Positions 49,499-60,746 are shown, numbered from the stretch's first letter. The stretch is 64,000 nucleotides of DNA from Nitrospirales bacterium (GCA_965223295.1 CBDCWC010000002.1:1280001-1344000), one strand, 5' to 3'. Translations and numbers: made by a program. Notes: generated from the letters alone by a model not told the origin.

Positions 49499-50539
49499 TC
49501 ATATTCCCTGGGTAACTGGGTTCATATTATTGAGCAGCGATTCTTTCCTTTGATACGCCGCTTGAATAAACTCCAATGATCTTTTCCCTTCGTCGGCTGA
49601 AATTAATGGCTGAGACTTGTTTCGACAGGCATTAACAAAATTGCGTAATTGGCGCTGAAAGACATTCATGGTCGCGAACTCATCAGGTGAAGTATTTGAC
49701 ATCACTTGCATTTTCAATTCCGGTTTATCCTTCGGAATAAACACCAATGGCTCATGATCGGTTTCCTTCAGAATCAATTTACCTTGGGTCGTTTCTAAAA
49801 CCAACCCGCCCGGCAACCAAACCGTTTTCGAAAACCGAGCCACACCGCTGATTTCTTTTCCAGCCCGGCGAAAAGTCATTTCTAATTTCGCATTGGCTTC
49901 AGGTCCTCCCATGGAATCATCCCAATATTTGAAGTCGTCAGGATATCCAAAAAAATGCAGCATTCGATCAATAAAATGTGAGCCCGAGACGATTAACACC
50001 CCACCCCCAGCAGCTCCTGCATCTAAGTGATAGCCAGACAGCGATGGCCATCCTCCTGGCGTACCAAATTGATAGGCAAAACTCGTTAACTCGCCAAAGT
50101 ACTGATCATCAATGCAAACTTTCGCCAGCTTCACATTGTCACGAAACCGAGTACAGTAGCCAATGGCCACAGTGAGCCCTGTACTCTTAGTCATTTCCGA
50201 AATCTGACAGGCATCCTCCCAGGAAGCCGAAATTGGTTTTTCAATAAGAACATGGATGTTTTTCTGCAGACAGTACTTCGTAATCATCGCATGAGTATGG
50301 TTTGGTGAAGCGATAATCACAGCATCCAAATCACAAGAAACTTCCTCGATACTTTTGGCAATCTCTGCATCCATCCCAAAAAGATTGTGTATTTGCCGAG
50401 CACGATCATACTCAGGATCAATAAGCGCGTCTACACGAACATCTGTGAAACTGAGAGCGGCTGGTATATGCGACTGTTGGCTAATAAGACCAACACCAAC
50501 AATACCTATTCGAAATGGCTTTTTGTTAAGCATGAGCAA
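49499..50539 (-). CDS. Gfo/Idh/MocA oxidoreductase
   Basis: GIVGVGLIS, SPNHTH, HVLIEKP, GGGVL. Confidence 0.9.
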   Translation of the reverse strand: MLMLNKKPFRIGIVGVGLISQQSHIPAALSFTDVRVDALIDPEYDRARQIHNLFGMDAEIAKSIEEVSCDLDAVIIASPNHTHAMITKYCLQKNIHVLIEKPISASWEDACQISEMTKSTGLTVAIGYCTRFRDNVKLAKVCIDDQYFGELTSFAYQFGTPGGWPSLSGYHLDAGAAGGGVLIVSGSHFIDRMLHFFGYPDDFKYWDDSMGGPEANAKLEMTFRRAGKEISGVARFSKTVWLPGGLVLETTQGKLILKETDHEPLVFIPKDKPELKMQVMSNTSPDEFATMNVFQRQLRNFVNACRNKSQPLISADEGKRSLEFIQAAYQRKESLLNNMNPVTQGI

Positions 50540-50801
50540 CCTTTCTGATTATCATCACACGGATAGCAAAATAGATTGCTGTGAAACATTTCATAAAAAC
50601 AATACCTAAAAATACCTAATTTCACAAAATAAGCCCTCGACTGACCTCAACCACATAGGATTCCCATAAACAAGAGTCAATAATGTGACCTTTCGTATAT
50701 TTCAAGGCCTCTAGGAATCAGTCTACTAAGATGGCTCATATTGTTGAAAAAATTGAAAGGATTCCCAAATCTTCAGTACAACTCAGTCGAGCTCTTAATA
50801 A

Positions 50802-51914
50802 TTACTCCATACTCTGATGTTGCCCAAGAAGATCCTTGAAGGCAGGAGATTGCACTAATGCTTCGACAACCTTTCCAGCCATCACACGACTCCCAGCATC
50901 TTTAAAATGCACGGAATCATTAAAATGCTGATTATCACCAGGTATACTCATCTCCGCTTCGATTAAAATAACGTTCTCTGCATGCGTGGTTTCTCGAATA
51001 ACACGGTTATATTCCTCAAATATTTCAAAAAACCCCTCTGGAGTCATAAAGGGCATATAATACAGCGACGTATTCATCGCTTGAATTTGCTCTTCTAGAC
51101 TTTGCTCGCGGCGGAACTTATACGAAAAGGTTCCAAGGGCCACAACAGGAGCAATTGAGCGACTAACCCTAACAAGTTCTTCAAGCCTCTGTTGAAACCC
51201 AACAGCCAACTCATCAGCCTGAAATGCTAATATTTGACGTGATGTCAAGACGCGGGTTTTTTTCTTGTATAGCTGCCAATTTTTTTCAATTAAAAACCAG
51301 GAAAGCAACCATTGGCCCAACCAACTTTCCTCTTCCGATAAGCCAGAAATCACGCCCTGCCTGCTTGCTAACATCCGCGTATCGTAACTGATATCGTTAG
51401 TGGCGTGATAGACCACAATCACATCCGGGCGAAGTTGCTTGACTCGATTTTCCAAGGTCACAAGCGAATCTTGAACAGCATATCCAGGAACGGCAGCATT
51501 TAGATAATCAAAGGTGATATTGGGATAGGATTCCTGTAGTTGCTTCCACACGAGGTGTGGCCACGTCAGCTCGTTTGAGCTCACTTCAGCACACCAGGTG
51601 GTCGACCCACCAAGAAATGCTAGGCGAATAGTCTGATCAGGTTTTGGATTGACGAGTTCCGGACTGCGAAACCCAAGAGAATTCACCGTTATCCTTCCAG
51701 TTGAAGAGTTGGCCACAGGAATTCGAAGTCCAGTTTGCGAGTCGACGGTGAAACTTTGCAATGAAGTGGGAGACCCATACTTTATCCATTGTCTCGCCCG
51801 TACGGCCAACTCCAGTGCAGTTATCGAAAAAACAAAGCTAACCAGGATCGCGACAAATCCAAGCAGCCCCTTTGAGGAGCCAGATGTCTTATGACTTAGG
51901 TTAGGTGAAAACAA
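50802..51914 (-). CDS. Membrane-anchored SGNH/GDSL hydrolase-family protein
   Basis: N-terminal TM, NSLGFR, FLGGSTT, NAAVPGY, YHATND, DSVH. Confidence 0.85.
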   Translation of the reverse strand: MFSPNLSHKTSGSSKGLLGFVAILVSFVFSITALELAVRARQWIKYGSPTSLQSFTVDSQTGLRIPVANSSTGRITVNSLGFRSPELVNPKPDQTIRLAFLGGSTTWCAEVSSNELTWPHLVWKQLQESYPNITFDYLNAAVPGYAVQDSLVTLENRVKQLRPDVIVVYHATNDISYDTRMLASRQGVISGLSEEESWLGQWLLSWFLIEKNWQLYKKKTRVLTSRQILAFQADELAVGFQQRLEELVRVSRSIAPVVALGTFSYKFRREQSLEEQIQAMNTSLYYMPFMTPEGFFEIFEEYNRVIRETTHAENVILIEAEMSIPGDNQHFNDSVHFKDAGSRVMAGKVVEALVQSPAFKDLLGQHQSME

Positions 51915-52103
51915 TTGCCGTCCCTACGGAAAAATGTCCAACGAAAAAATTAAAAGACTGAATTCATATTCACGAAATCTCTGGAACACAGGCGCAGAAG
52001 GTTAGAGTTTTATCGTTTAGGATCTCCAAACTGCAACTTTACCTTTATTGCCTCGCAAGAGCACGGCCACCGACAGAGCCACAGAAGCCAGTGATTTCAT
52101 AAA

Positions 52104-52276
52104 GGGTCTTAAAAAAATCCGCCAGCGGCGGTCTCTGCCTCTGCCGCAGTGGCTACGAAGGCTGAAATCAGCTTCGCGCAGGCGAAGGGACTTTTTTGAA
52201 TAGACCCGACGTCGTTGGTCGCTAAGAGCTTCATAGCAAAATATGGCATTTGATATCTTCATGATTCAACACTTCC
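52104..52276. mobile_element. MITE-like repeat family A, copy 5 (alternative interior)
   Basis: GGGTCTTAAAAAAATCCGCCAGCGGCG...GGACTTTTTTGAATAGACCC plus outer arm ending TTTGATATCTTCATGATTCAACACTTCC. Confidence 0.8.
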
Positions 52277-52506
52277 ATAAACAAAGCTCTTCTTTAGAAT
52301 GGTGTCTGGCAATCCTTCTCAACCAACTACATCAATTATGAAAGATCAACCAAATACTAAGCATGAACTAACGCCATACTGAAAAACCGAGGCGGCAAGG
52401 GGGCGAAAATCTCATTCATCTTGGAAGGACAGAATAGGTAGTGAAGCTCAGATTGCCAAGTATTGATTGAAGAAAACCTTGGCTAAGATAATAGAAGATA
52501 CGAATT

Positions 52507-53871
52507 TTATCCTACCGGAACAAACGCACGTCTTCGACTATATGGCCGTGAAGAAATTTGACTCGCTCCTTCCATATGCCAGGACCTTACCACCCTGTGC
52601 ATGTGCTCTTTAAGAAGAACGACAACGGCAACAAGTTGATAAAATACATCGAAATACGCGGTATCTAAAAATGTTCCTACGATCATATACACGACGAAAC
52701 TGATCTGAAGCATCCATGCATAGTACATCATCCATTCCAAATCCTTGTTCCTTCGACTAAACCGTGCAATGGTATTGAGGCTCACAAAACTTGAAACCAA
52801 GAGTCCAATCCATACCAGAAATGCGACAATTCCATGTTCGCCCCATATTGTGAACCACATACTATGACATGACCAAGCTTTTCTATTTCCATATTTTTCA
52901 ATAAACTCGGGGAAATACTGAGGATAAATCTCCAATCTATAGTAATTAAAACCCTCGCCAGTCAAAGGATTGGCTAACCCAACCCGCCAGCACAATTCCC
53001 AATTCCAAAATCGGCTCACTGCAGAGGCATCTTCTTCATAATTGACAAGTGCATCAAATCGCTGTTGCACACGTTCAGGCAAAACATCTATCGTCAATAA
53101 CGGAAGAAAGACCAAGGTAAATATGAGCGCTCCAAGTGCAATGAGCACCTTATAACGACTCCTGAAAAGAATTAAGCCAACTGCGGCTGCTATCCCGAGC
53201 CATGCGCCTCGAGAAAACGTTCCGATCACCGCTGGGAACGAAAATCCTAACATCACCCACATCAATCGACGCATCCATGGATTTGATTCGACTTTAATCA
53301 AATAAAAGAGAAAAGGGACATTCATCGCAAGGGCTAAACCAATGGAATTATTCGCGGAAAGAAAGGTTCGGTCAGGCCCCCAGACAATGTCTGTAAAACC
53401 CGTCGCTATGGACCAAAATCCTGACTTAACAGCAAAAAATCCAATTGATAAGGCTAGGACCTTCATGATCATCTGAACTCGTTCTTTTGTGTTGAGAATG
53501 GCCATAGACAGAAACACCATCAGCAAGATTTTTGTTACATAGGTAAAACGAGTTAAGGCAGAATCAGACACCCAATCTCGGTAAGGAATATAGGCAAAAG
53601 CAGTCGACACACAAAACAACACCCACAGTCCTAGCAACAACCAGACTTCTCGCTGGAAAGGAAGTTTTTTCGGCTCTCGAGAAAGGGCATACCCCGCGAT
53701 TGTCGCGATCGCAACAAGCTGTGCGAGAGGAAAGTCACGGGCAAAACCCCACGTAAAACTATGAGGATTGAGAATCCCAAAGGCAATAAAAATGAGCATC
53801 CCATGATGAGGCCGTCGGAAGGCCACAACCATACTTACCAATACGATGGATACGACAAGGATATCTCTCAT
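52507..53871 (-). CDS. Putative O-glycosylation ligase, exosortase A-associated (O-antigen ligase family)
   Basis: MRDILV start, NPH...WGFA, TFSRGA, SAVSR, HSMWF...GEHG; multi-TM. Confidence 0.88.
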   Translation of the reverse strand: MRDILVVSIVLVSMVVAFRRPHHGMLIFIAFGILNPHSFTWGFARDFPLAQLVAIATIAGYALSREPKKLPFQREVWLLLGLWVLFCVSTAFAYIPYRDWVSDSALTRFTYVTKILLMVFLSMAILNTKERVQMIMKVLALSIGFFAVKSGFWSIATGFTDIVWGPDRTFLSANNSIGLALAMNVPFLFYLIKVESNPWMRRLMWVMLGFSFPAVIGTFSRGAWLGIAAAVGLILFRSRYKVLIALGALIFTLVFLPLLTIDVLPERVQQRFDALVNYEEDASAVSRFWNWELCWRVGLANPLTGEGFNYYRLEIYPQYFPEFIEKYGNRKAWSCHSMWFTIWGEHGIVAFLVWIGLLVSSFVSLNTIARFSRRNKDLEWMMYYAWMLQISFVVYMIVGTFLDTAYFDVFYQLVAVVVLLKEHMHRVVRSWHMEGASQISSRPYSRRRAFVPVG

Positions 53872-55133
53872 TTGGTCTGCCTCGCCTGTCTCACATCACT
53901 GACCCTGGTCAATGCCTGTGCCAGAACTTTTGCTTGTGCCTCTCGTGAAAATTTTTCAATACTATTGATAAATGGGACAGGATGATTTCCCTTTCTCACT
54001 TGATCAAGAAAGACAGGCAACCCCTCACAAAGAGATCGAGTATCCTGCATATCAAGGATCGTCGCTCCGCCACATTCACTCAACATCTTTGCTGTATCTC
54101 CCATTTGATCGGTTAAAGCCAGGATAGGCCTTTGCAATCGAAGATACTCATAGACTTTTGCTGGAATTTGATGGTTACACGATGCTCCCTGTAGCAAAAG
54201 CAATCCATCTGCTTGTGCACAATCGTGCAAAGATTCCCGATATGGAAGAGATGGAAGAAGATGTACAATATCGTGTATTTGCAATGCTTGCAGCATAGAA
54301 GAATAGCGTTGTTCAGACCCTGCACCACGAAATTCGACTCGCAAAATCGCTGAATCAATAGCACCATTTTTCTTTAATTCAGAAAGCGCTCGAAACAAAG
54401 CTTCTGGATTTCGTTCGTGTGGGTAGACAACACCAGCATGCAGTAACCGCAGGCGAGAGTTAGGCTTGAGAGGCTCAAGACCCAGAACCGTAATATTCTG
54501 AAAATCCTGTTCATCATACCCATTTGAAATCACAAAGCATGACTCAGCCTTTAACCATGAATACCGTTTTAAGTATAATTGTATTGTTGAAGGGGCCGTA
54601 AAAATATTCAGTGAACTGGAACGAAGAGCTTTCTGTTCAATCCATTGGTAATATCGTCGGGTCAGGGGATCACGTGGATAGTTCTCTTCGGTCATGGAAT
54701 CCCGAAAGTCCGCAATCCATGGAAGACCGGTTAATTTTTTTAGAAAAAAGCCAAGAAGATGGGCCGTCGCGATAGGGTACGTTGACCAAATAACTTGCGG
54801 CTTGTATTTTCGAATCAACGACAAACCACTGGGAATACCCCCAACACACCAACTGACCCAACGATCGGGTAACGCAAGCGTTTTGATGTAAGATCGCCGA
54901 AACGATAGGTGGCGAGCCGTATCTAGAGCAAATGCACGCTTCACAATGACCTCTGCAGGGATATCTTCAAGTTGATGTGTACTTGTTTGTATATAGGCAC
55001 GTGGGTTAGCCGTAAGAACAATCGGCTGCCATCCATACTGTGGAAGATACCGTGAAAACTTCAGCGTTCGATGAACTCCACTTCCTCCAGAGTAAGGAGG
55101 ATAATGAAAGGCAATCATGAGTATGCTGTTCAA
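53868..55133 (-). CDS. Glycosyltransferase, GT4-like
   Basis: ILMIAFHYPP..GSGVHR, WIADFRD, ISNGYD, IPAKVYEYL; 4-nt overlaps with both neighbours. Confidence 0.88.
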   Translation of the reverse strand: MNSILMIAFHYPPYSGGSGVHRTLKFSRYLPQYGWQPIVLTANPRAYIQTSTHQLEDIPAEVIVKRAFALDTARHLSFRRSYIKTLALPDRWVSWCVGGIPSGLSLIRKYKPQVIWSTYPIATAHLLGFFLKKLTGLPWIADFRDSMTEENYPRDPLTRRYYQWIEQKALRSSSLNIFTAPSTIQLYLKRYSWLKAESCFVISNGYDEQDFQNITVLGLEPLKPNSRLRLLHAGVVYPHERNPEALFRALSELKKNGAIDSAILRVEFRGAGSEQRYSSMLQALQIHDIVHLLPSLPYRESLHDCAQADGLLLLQGASCNHQIPAKVYEYLRLQRPILALTDQMGDTAKMLSECGGATILDMQDTRSLCEGLPVFLDQVRKGNHPVPFINSIEKFSREAQAKVLAQALTRVSDVRQARQTK

Positions 55134-56362
55134 GTGTGATGCCCTACCTGCTTACGAGAAGCGGGTGCTGCCTCACCTTCAGGTCGTTTCTGTTTCCCCG
55201 AACGAATGACATCCTCCACTTCACTCACTAACGCATACTGTTCCTCTTGAGTTAAACTTTGGTGATTGGGCAACAATACAACATGATCATAGAGAAATTT
55301 TGCATCAGGAAATTGATCAAGAGGTAACGAGGGATGAATCACACCATCCCAGGAAAACGCTTGAATACCTTTATCTCTCAGTCTGACATGAACATCCCGT
55401 TGTTCACGAACCACGATCGGAAATACCCATGCACAGACATCGTGTTTCCCCACGCTTGCCCACGGTTCAACACCGGAAAGAGATGATAAAGCATTAAAAA
55501 GGTTTGTCGAATAAGCTTTTCGTTGTTGAACGACGGCAGATATATCGATTTTCGTGAGAATACGTTTCGACCACCGACTCATGGGCCAATTCACTTGCAT
55601 AAAATCAAACCCTCCAGACGGTGAGCGACGCAAATCCTGTTTAGCACCCAAATCAGTAACAGAGGTCGACTCATTCTGACGTTGGAGTGAAAGAGACGGG
55701 CTACACAAAGAAGATTTCATTGTTCTTCGCCTATCACTCAAACATTTCTCCAAAAGATTTTTGGCGATCTTCAATTGGAACCATGTATCTAATGATTGAA
55801 AAGGAATTGACTCCGGACTCAATCCCTTGTTACAGACCAACAGCCCTCCATCATAAATCGGGAAAAATTTTCTCCAACTAAAGATACTCACATCACCGAA
55901 GCTTCCAACGGCTTGCCCACCAATGTCTCCCAACAGTACATGCGCACAATCTTCGACGAGCAATAAACGATGCTCGTCACAGAACGCTCGTAGTGTTTGT
56001 GCAGGCTGAAGAATACCAAAGTAATGAATAGCGATTATTGCTTTGGTTTGATCATCAATCTTTTCTACAATATCTTCAAAATCAACAACCCCCTCACGCG
56101 TAACATTATAAAATATTACTTGACAGCCAAAATGAAGAACCGGCTCAATCATGGTATGGCAATGGAATGCCGGAACAAGGACTTTATCACCAGGATTCAA
56201 GCCTAAGATCCTAAGCCCATGATATAACGCATTCCGAGCCCAAAAATGATAGGTTATTGTCGACCTCTGGGTTTTAACGGGAACGGGAAGCTTGCATGCT
56301 GCAAAGGAAGGCCAGAGCAAACGAAAGCTCAAACGTGGATCTCGTGAGACAACGAACGCCAT
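55130..56362 (-). CDS. DegT/DnrJ/EryC1/StrS-family PLP-dependent protein
   Basis: VLVPAFHC, IHYFG, VEDCAH, FSWRKFFPIYDGG, LPNHQ. Confidence 0.85.
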   Translation of the reverse strand: MAFVVSRDPRLSFRLLWPSFAACKLPVPVKTQRSTITYHFWARNALYHGLRILGLNPGDKVLVPAFHCHTMIEPVLHFGCQVIFYNVTREGVVDFEDIVEKIDDQTKAIIAIHYFGILQPAQTLRAFCDEHRLLLVEDCAHVLLGDIGGQAVGSFGDVSIFSWRKFFPIYDGGLLVCNKGLSPESIPFQSLDTWFQLKIAKNLLEKCLSDRRRTMKSSLCSPSLSLQRQNESTSVTDLGAKQDLRRSPSGGFDFMQVNWPMSRWSKRILTKIDISAVVQQRKAYSTNLFNALSSLSGVEPWASVGKHDVCAWVFPIVVREQRDVHVRLRDKGIQAFSWDGVIHPSLPLDQFPDAKFLYDHVVLLPNHQSLTQEEQYALVSEVEDVIRSGKQKRPEGEAAPASRKQVGHHT

Positions 56363-56440
56363 AAACCACTACTACATATGTTGAGAACAAGTGCCCGCTA
56401 TCATCACAAAGACACCAATTTTCCTACACGGATATTTCAT

Positions 56441-57748
56441 CTAACAAAATTCACGTACCATGTCATCATAAGTTCCTCTACGTCGAACGACTTCGGCTTG
56501 TTCACCATTGACCAAAACCTCTGGTGGAGCGCAATGACTCAAAAACTGGACCGGACTGGCCGTCCTCGCGTATGCACCAGATTGAAGAACACCTACCCAA
56601 TCTCCCACTGCGATCTTCGGCAATTCAACCCCGCGCGCCAACACATCTAAGGGAGTACAAAGTGGCCCAACCACGTCCACACGCTCCTCAAGTGGTTTAT
56701 CGATTTTATTTAACACACAAACAGGAAAGTTCTTTTTGATCACTTGTCCAAAATTCCCCGATGCGGCAAGATGTTGATGCATTCCGCCATCAACGATGAC
56801 AAACTTCTTCTCTCGTGAAACCTTAATATCGGTCACTTGAGTCACATACACACCGGATTCTCCAACAAGGTATCGTCCAGGTTCGACCATCAACCGCGTT
56901 CCAGAAAAAGCCGGATCATCTCGTATGCCAGAGAGAAGTTCTTGTAGCCCACGGGCAAGAGGCTCCATTTCTAATTCAGACTCCTTACCAAAGTAGGGAA
57001 TGCCCAATCCTCCCCCAAAATCGATGGTCTGCAGGGGAACGTTTGTTTGTTTAACAATACATCTGGCAATTTCAATTCCTTTTCGATACTGTGATAACAG
57101 AACGCCAAAATCTAAGATTTGGGTGCCCGAAAACAGATGAAGTCCGCCAAACTCAAGCCATGGATTTTGTCGCACATGATTCATCACAGAATCCAACTCT
57201 TCTTCATCAATCCCAAATGGCGTTGCTTGGCCTCCCATTCGCATTGCCCCTCCCAAAGCGTCTCCTGTTGGATTCACACGAATGGCAACCCTTGCACGAA
57301 GACCTAGCCGCTCACCGATTGTTGCGATACGTTCAATCTCCAACAATGACTCAGCATGGATTTCCCCGATTCCTTCTTTTAAGACCTTCTCTAATTCATC
57401 TTCAGTCTTTCCCGGACCGGCAAAAACAATATCTTCAGGGGCACAACCCGCCTGTCGGGCTTGAAAAAATTCGCCTCCCGAAGCAATTTCCAATCCACAT
57501 CCTTTGCTCAACAAATGCCGAAGAATGGCCTGACACGGATTCGCTTTCACCGAATAACTAATGGAAAATTCTTGAGGGAGGGTTGCTCGCAACAACTCAA
57601 ACTTTTTATCAATCACGCACGAATCATACACAAACATCGGCGTGCCAACATCTTTCACAATTGCGTCAATCAAAATTTGTTTGCCAAAAGCCACTTTTCC
57701 CGACACGATACTAAAATGCTGTGCAATCAAATCTGTGGCATCAGGCAT
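56441..57748 (-). CDS. PLP-dependent decarboxylase (DAP decarboxylase-like), exosortase A system-associated type
   Basis: YSVKAN, HLFSGTQ, DFGGG, EPGR, GGMHQHLAASGN, GPLCTPLD. Confidence 0.88.
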   Translation of the reverse strand: MPDATDLIAQHFSIVSGKVAFGKQILIDAIVKDVGTPMFVYDSCVIDKKFELLRATLPQEFSISYSVKANPCQAILRHLLSKGCGLEIASGGEFFQARQAGCAPEDIVFAGPGKTEDELEKVLKEGIGEIHAESLLEIERIATIGERLGLRARVAIRVNPTGDALGGAMRMGGQATPFGIDEEELDSVMNHVRQNPWLEFGGLHLFSGTQILDFGVLLSQYRKGIEIARCIVKQTNVPLQTIDFGGGLGIPYFGKESELEMEPLARGLQELLSGIRDDPAFSGTRLMVEPGRYLVGESGVYVTQVTDIKVSREKKFVIVDGGMHQHLAASGNFGQVIKKNFPVCVLNKIDKPLEERVDVVGPLCTPLDVLARGVELPKIAVGDWVGVLQSGAYARTASPVQFLSHCAPPEVLVNGEQAEVVRRRGTYDDMVREFC

Positions 57749-59321
57749 TTGACTCTTCCTTCATTCTTTGCAACTCCGTGTAATCAATTTTTCCATTGGG
57801 TGTCTTAGGTAAGTTGTCGACAATCTCGATCGCCTTTGGCATCATGTACCGCGGGAGTTTCATCGAGCAAAATGCATTCAATTCTGCGACATCACATCCC
57901 TCGGGATCATTTTTCACAACACACGCCATTACCGCTTGGCCGAGAACCTCATCCGGAATACCAATGACGGCCACCTCTTTCACCTTTCCGCTTTGATAAA
58001 AAGCTTCTTCCACTTCGGTACGGCTAATTCGAAAGCCGGCTGACTTAATCATGGAATCACGCCGACCAACAAAGTACAGAAATCCTTCCTCATCCATCCG
58101 AACCAAGTCTCCAGAATAGCAGACCTTCTCATCATCCAAACCATGACATGATGAAAATGGGTGAGGGCGCAAGACTTTGTCCGTTAACTCTGAATTACCC
58201 CAGTATCCTAATGACACCGTGGGACCGCGATGAACAAGCTCTCCAATTTCTTCTGGCTTCGCAGGCGACCCATCGCTTGTGACAACGAGAATTTCTGTAT
58301 TGGGAATGGCTTTTCCCATTGAAGTCGGACGGCGATCCAGCTCGTGAGGAGGCAAATACGTCGAGCGGAATGCTTCGGTCAGTCCATACATCAGATACAC
58401 ATTCGTTTCAGGCAAGGCTTTTCGAAGGACGCCCAAGACATGTTCCGGCATAGCTCCCCCGGTATTCGTAATATAGCGAAGGTCTGGAAAACTGTTTTTC
58501 TGAAGGGAGGAGTTCGGTTGGGCCAGAAGGTTCCACATGGTAGGAACACCAGCTAATCCTGTGATCCGTTCACGCAACAACATCTGCACGATTTCCTTTG
58601 CAAACACAAAGGTCATCAGAACCAAAGTACAGCCTTGCTGGAAAGCCGTCATGAGTTGATTGAGACCAGCATCAAAGCTAAAGGGCAGCACAGCTAAAAT
58701 TTTATCACGGTCGCTAATCTCTAAATAGGTTGACACAATCGAACTACCGCTCACCACATTGGCATGACTGAGCATGACGCCCTTAGGCTTTCCCGTCGAA
58801 CCAGACGTATACAGAATGGCCGCTAAGTCTTTTTCGATACAACAATCAACGATATCAGCTGAACCGCTGCTGTCGATTAAATCAATAAATTGATGGACTG
58901 GCTGGGACAGCTGAATATCGCTCGCATCATCAATCACAACCCATACCTTGACACTTGGAACCCCTTCCTGGGCTGCATGCAATGCAGCTAATCGCTTTTT
59001 CGTTGTAATCAAGACACTCATCTCACAATCGCGTGCAATGTGCTGAACTTGCTCGGAGAGCAAGAGGCCATTGACCGGCACAAACACTCCACCGCCTTGA
59101 GACACACCAAAAATTGAAACCACGAGCTCCATAGACGGGTCAAGATAGATTCCAACTCGGTCTCCCCGCTCCATTCCGAGCCGCTTCAATCCTTCAGCAA
59201 GCGCTGTGACTTGCCATAAAACGTCTTGATACGTTAAGCGTTGGTCTCCATAGACCAACGCCGTTTTATCGGCAAAACGGCGAGCACTGCTCTGCAACAT
59301 GTGATGAATCAGAAAATCCAT
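57741..59321 (-). CDS. Acyl-CoA ligase (AMP-forming), exosortase A system-associated type
   Basis: YTSGSTGKPKG, MYGLTEAFRSTYLPP, SGD, PKTPNGK; overlaps the decarboxylase start. Confidence 0.9.
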   Translation of the reverse strand: MDFLIHHMLQSSARRFADKTALVYGDQRLTYQDVLWQVTALAEGLKRLGMERGDRVGIYLDPSMELVVSIFGVSQGGGVFVPVNGLLLSEQVQHIARDCEMSVLITTKKRLAALHAAQEGVPSVKVWVVIDDASDIQLSQPVHQFIDLIDSSGSADIVDCCIEKDLAAILYTSGSTGKPKGVMLSHANVVSGSSIVSTYLEISDRDKILAVLPFSFDAGLNQLMTAFQQGCTLVLMTFVFAKEIVQMLLRERITGLAGVPTMWNLLAQPNSSLQKNSFPDLRYITNTGGAMPEHVLGVLRKALPETNVYLMYGLTEAFRSTYLPPHELDRRPTSMGKAIPNTEILVVTSDGSPAKPEEIGELVHRGPTVSLGYWGNSELTDKVLRPHPFSSCHGLDDEKVCYSGDLVRMDEEGFLYFVGRRDSMIKSAGFRISRTEVEEAFYQSGKVKEVAVIGIPDEVLGQAVMACVVKNDPEGCDVAELNAFCSMKLPRYMMPKAIEIVDNLPKTPNGKIDYTELQRMKEESNA

Positions 59322-59375
59322 TCGATATCACTCCATAATAAACGATGACAACTTCAACGCATTTCCTAGCCTAAA

Positions 59376-60341
59376 CTAATATTCAATGAGTCTTTTTTCT
59401 GGCACCCCTTTCCAATACTGAGCCAACATCCCTTTTCGATACGAGTACTGAAGTGCAGCTTCGAAACGACGTTGACGATTTCCACAGACACTGGCCCATA
59501 CAGATTGCACAAAGGCTTGCAACGTTTGGATATATATATATCTCGGCACGCCCAACAGCAGTGGCGTCGAGGGTAATCCAGACATAAACGCAAAGGTTCC
59601 CCCATATGAAGCCACCCGACCCCGAAGCCAATCCACCGTCAGTTGCTCTTCGCGAATTTGATGATGCACTAATGCCTCAGGCAAATAAATTGGGACATAT
59701 CCAGCCTGTTCCAATCGATACAAAAATTCGGTTTCATCTCCCATGACATATTGTCCGCTATTGGGGCCAAAGTCTGTATTAAATTGAAACCCTTCGCGTA
59801 AGACGCTTAAACGAACAGCAAAATTCGGCCCCCACACCATGCTCGGTTTATACTCTCCTTCAGACCGTTTCCAATCCGCAATGACATACGCAGAGCGTAC
59901 CAATCGATTATCAAGATCAATGTCAACGGCATCTGTGGGGAAACTCGGTAATATTCTTCCTCCAAACACGGTATGATTGGGCCAACGTTTCGCACCTTCT
60001 AAAATTTTAACTAGCCACTGTGAATCAGCGAGCACATCATCATCGGTAAAGACAACCAATTCACCCCTGACTTTCCCAATGGCAGTATTGAGTGCATAAT
60101 TTTTTCCTTGGCGATTTTCAACAACGTATGTTAAAGGCAGTTGCCCATCAAACTCTTGAATAAGACGCTTTGTCTCAGCGTCATCGGCATTATCGACAAC
60201 AATAATTTCCCAATCTAACCCTTTGACCTCCAACTTCGTGAAACTTGAGAGGGTTCGCGTCAGAATAGGAACACGCTTACATGTGGCTAAGACAAGAGAA
60301 AGATCCATGAAACCTGCGTTAGACGTTTTCGCTGCGGACAT
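59376..60341 (-). CDS. Glycosyltransferase family 2, paralog 1
   Basis: IIVVDN, FTDDD, GDETE; true start may be 60308. Confidence 0.9.
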   Translation of the reverse strand: MSAAKTSNAGFMDLSLVLATCKRVPILTRTLSSFTKLEVKGLDWEIIVVDNADDAETKRLIQEFDGQLPLTYVVENRQGKNYALNTAIGKVRGELVVFTDDDVLADSQWLVKILEGAKRWPNHTVFGGRILPSFPTDAVDIDLDNRLVRSAYVIADWKRSEGEYKPSMVWGPNFAVRLSVLREGFQFNTDFGPNSGQYVMGDETEFLYRLEQAGYVPIYLPEALVHHQIREEQLTVDWLRGRVASYGGTFAFMSGLPSTPLLLGVPRYIYIQTLQAFVQSVWASVCGNRQRRFEAALQYSYRKGMLAQYWKGVPEKRLIEY

Positions 60342-60567
60342 TCACAGCACTCTCAAAGACCAATCCAGAAATAGCCCAATCGAATGTGCAAAAGATCTAC
60401 TGTGCGTCAATAGGTTAGCAGAACCTTCACCTTTCTATCGGACAACAACAGACAAATTTTGAGTAAAATTTGCCATACGGGCTACCGCTTCAAAGCAATA
60501 TGATCTTTCAGTGTGATTTTCAACTGACAATGGTGATCCCCAGGACAGACATCTTCATTATTGAAAT

Positions 60568-60746
60568 GGAGTGTTGAATAATGAAGATATCAAGGGCCAT
60601 ATTTCGCCAGGAAGCGGCTTGCCACAACAGCCTCGGGGCTGTCCGTTCAGCAAGGCCACAGCCATTTTTGCACACGGAGCGTACTGGCAGTACGGGAGCA
60701 CGGGAAAATGGCGAGAACGCCGCTGGCGGCTTTTTTCAACAGACCC
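60568..60746. mobile_element. MITE-like repeat family A, copy 6 (inner inverted repeat partly deleted)
   Basis: Outer arm GGAGTGTTGAATAATGAAGATATCAA, core GGAGCGTACTGGCAGTACGGGAGCACG, end GGCTTTTTTCAACAGACCC. Confidence 0.82.

Noticed and set aside
60478-60492. Minus-strand AGCGGTAGC as an ops/JUMPstart element
   Set aside because: Only a partial match to GGCGGTAG; no RfaH-like gene in the window.
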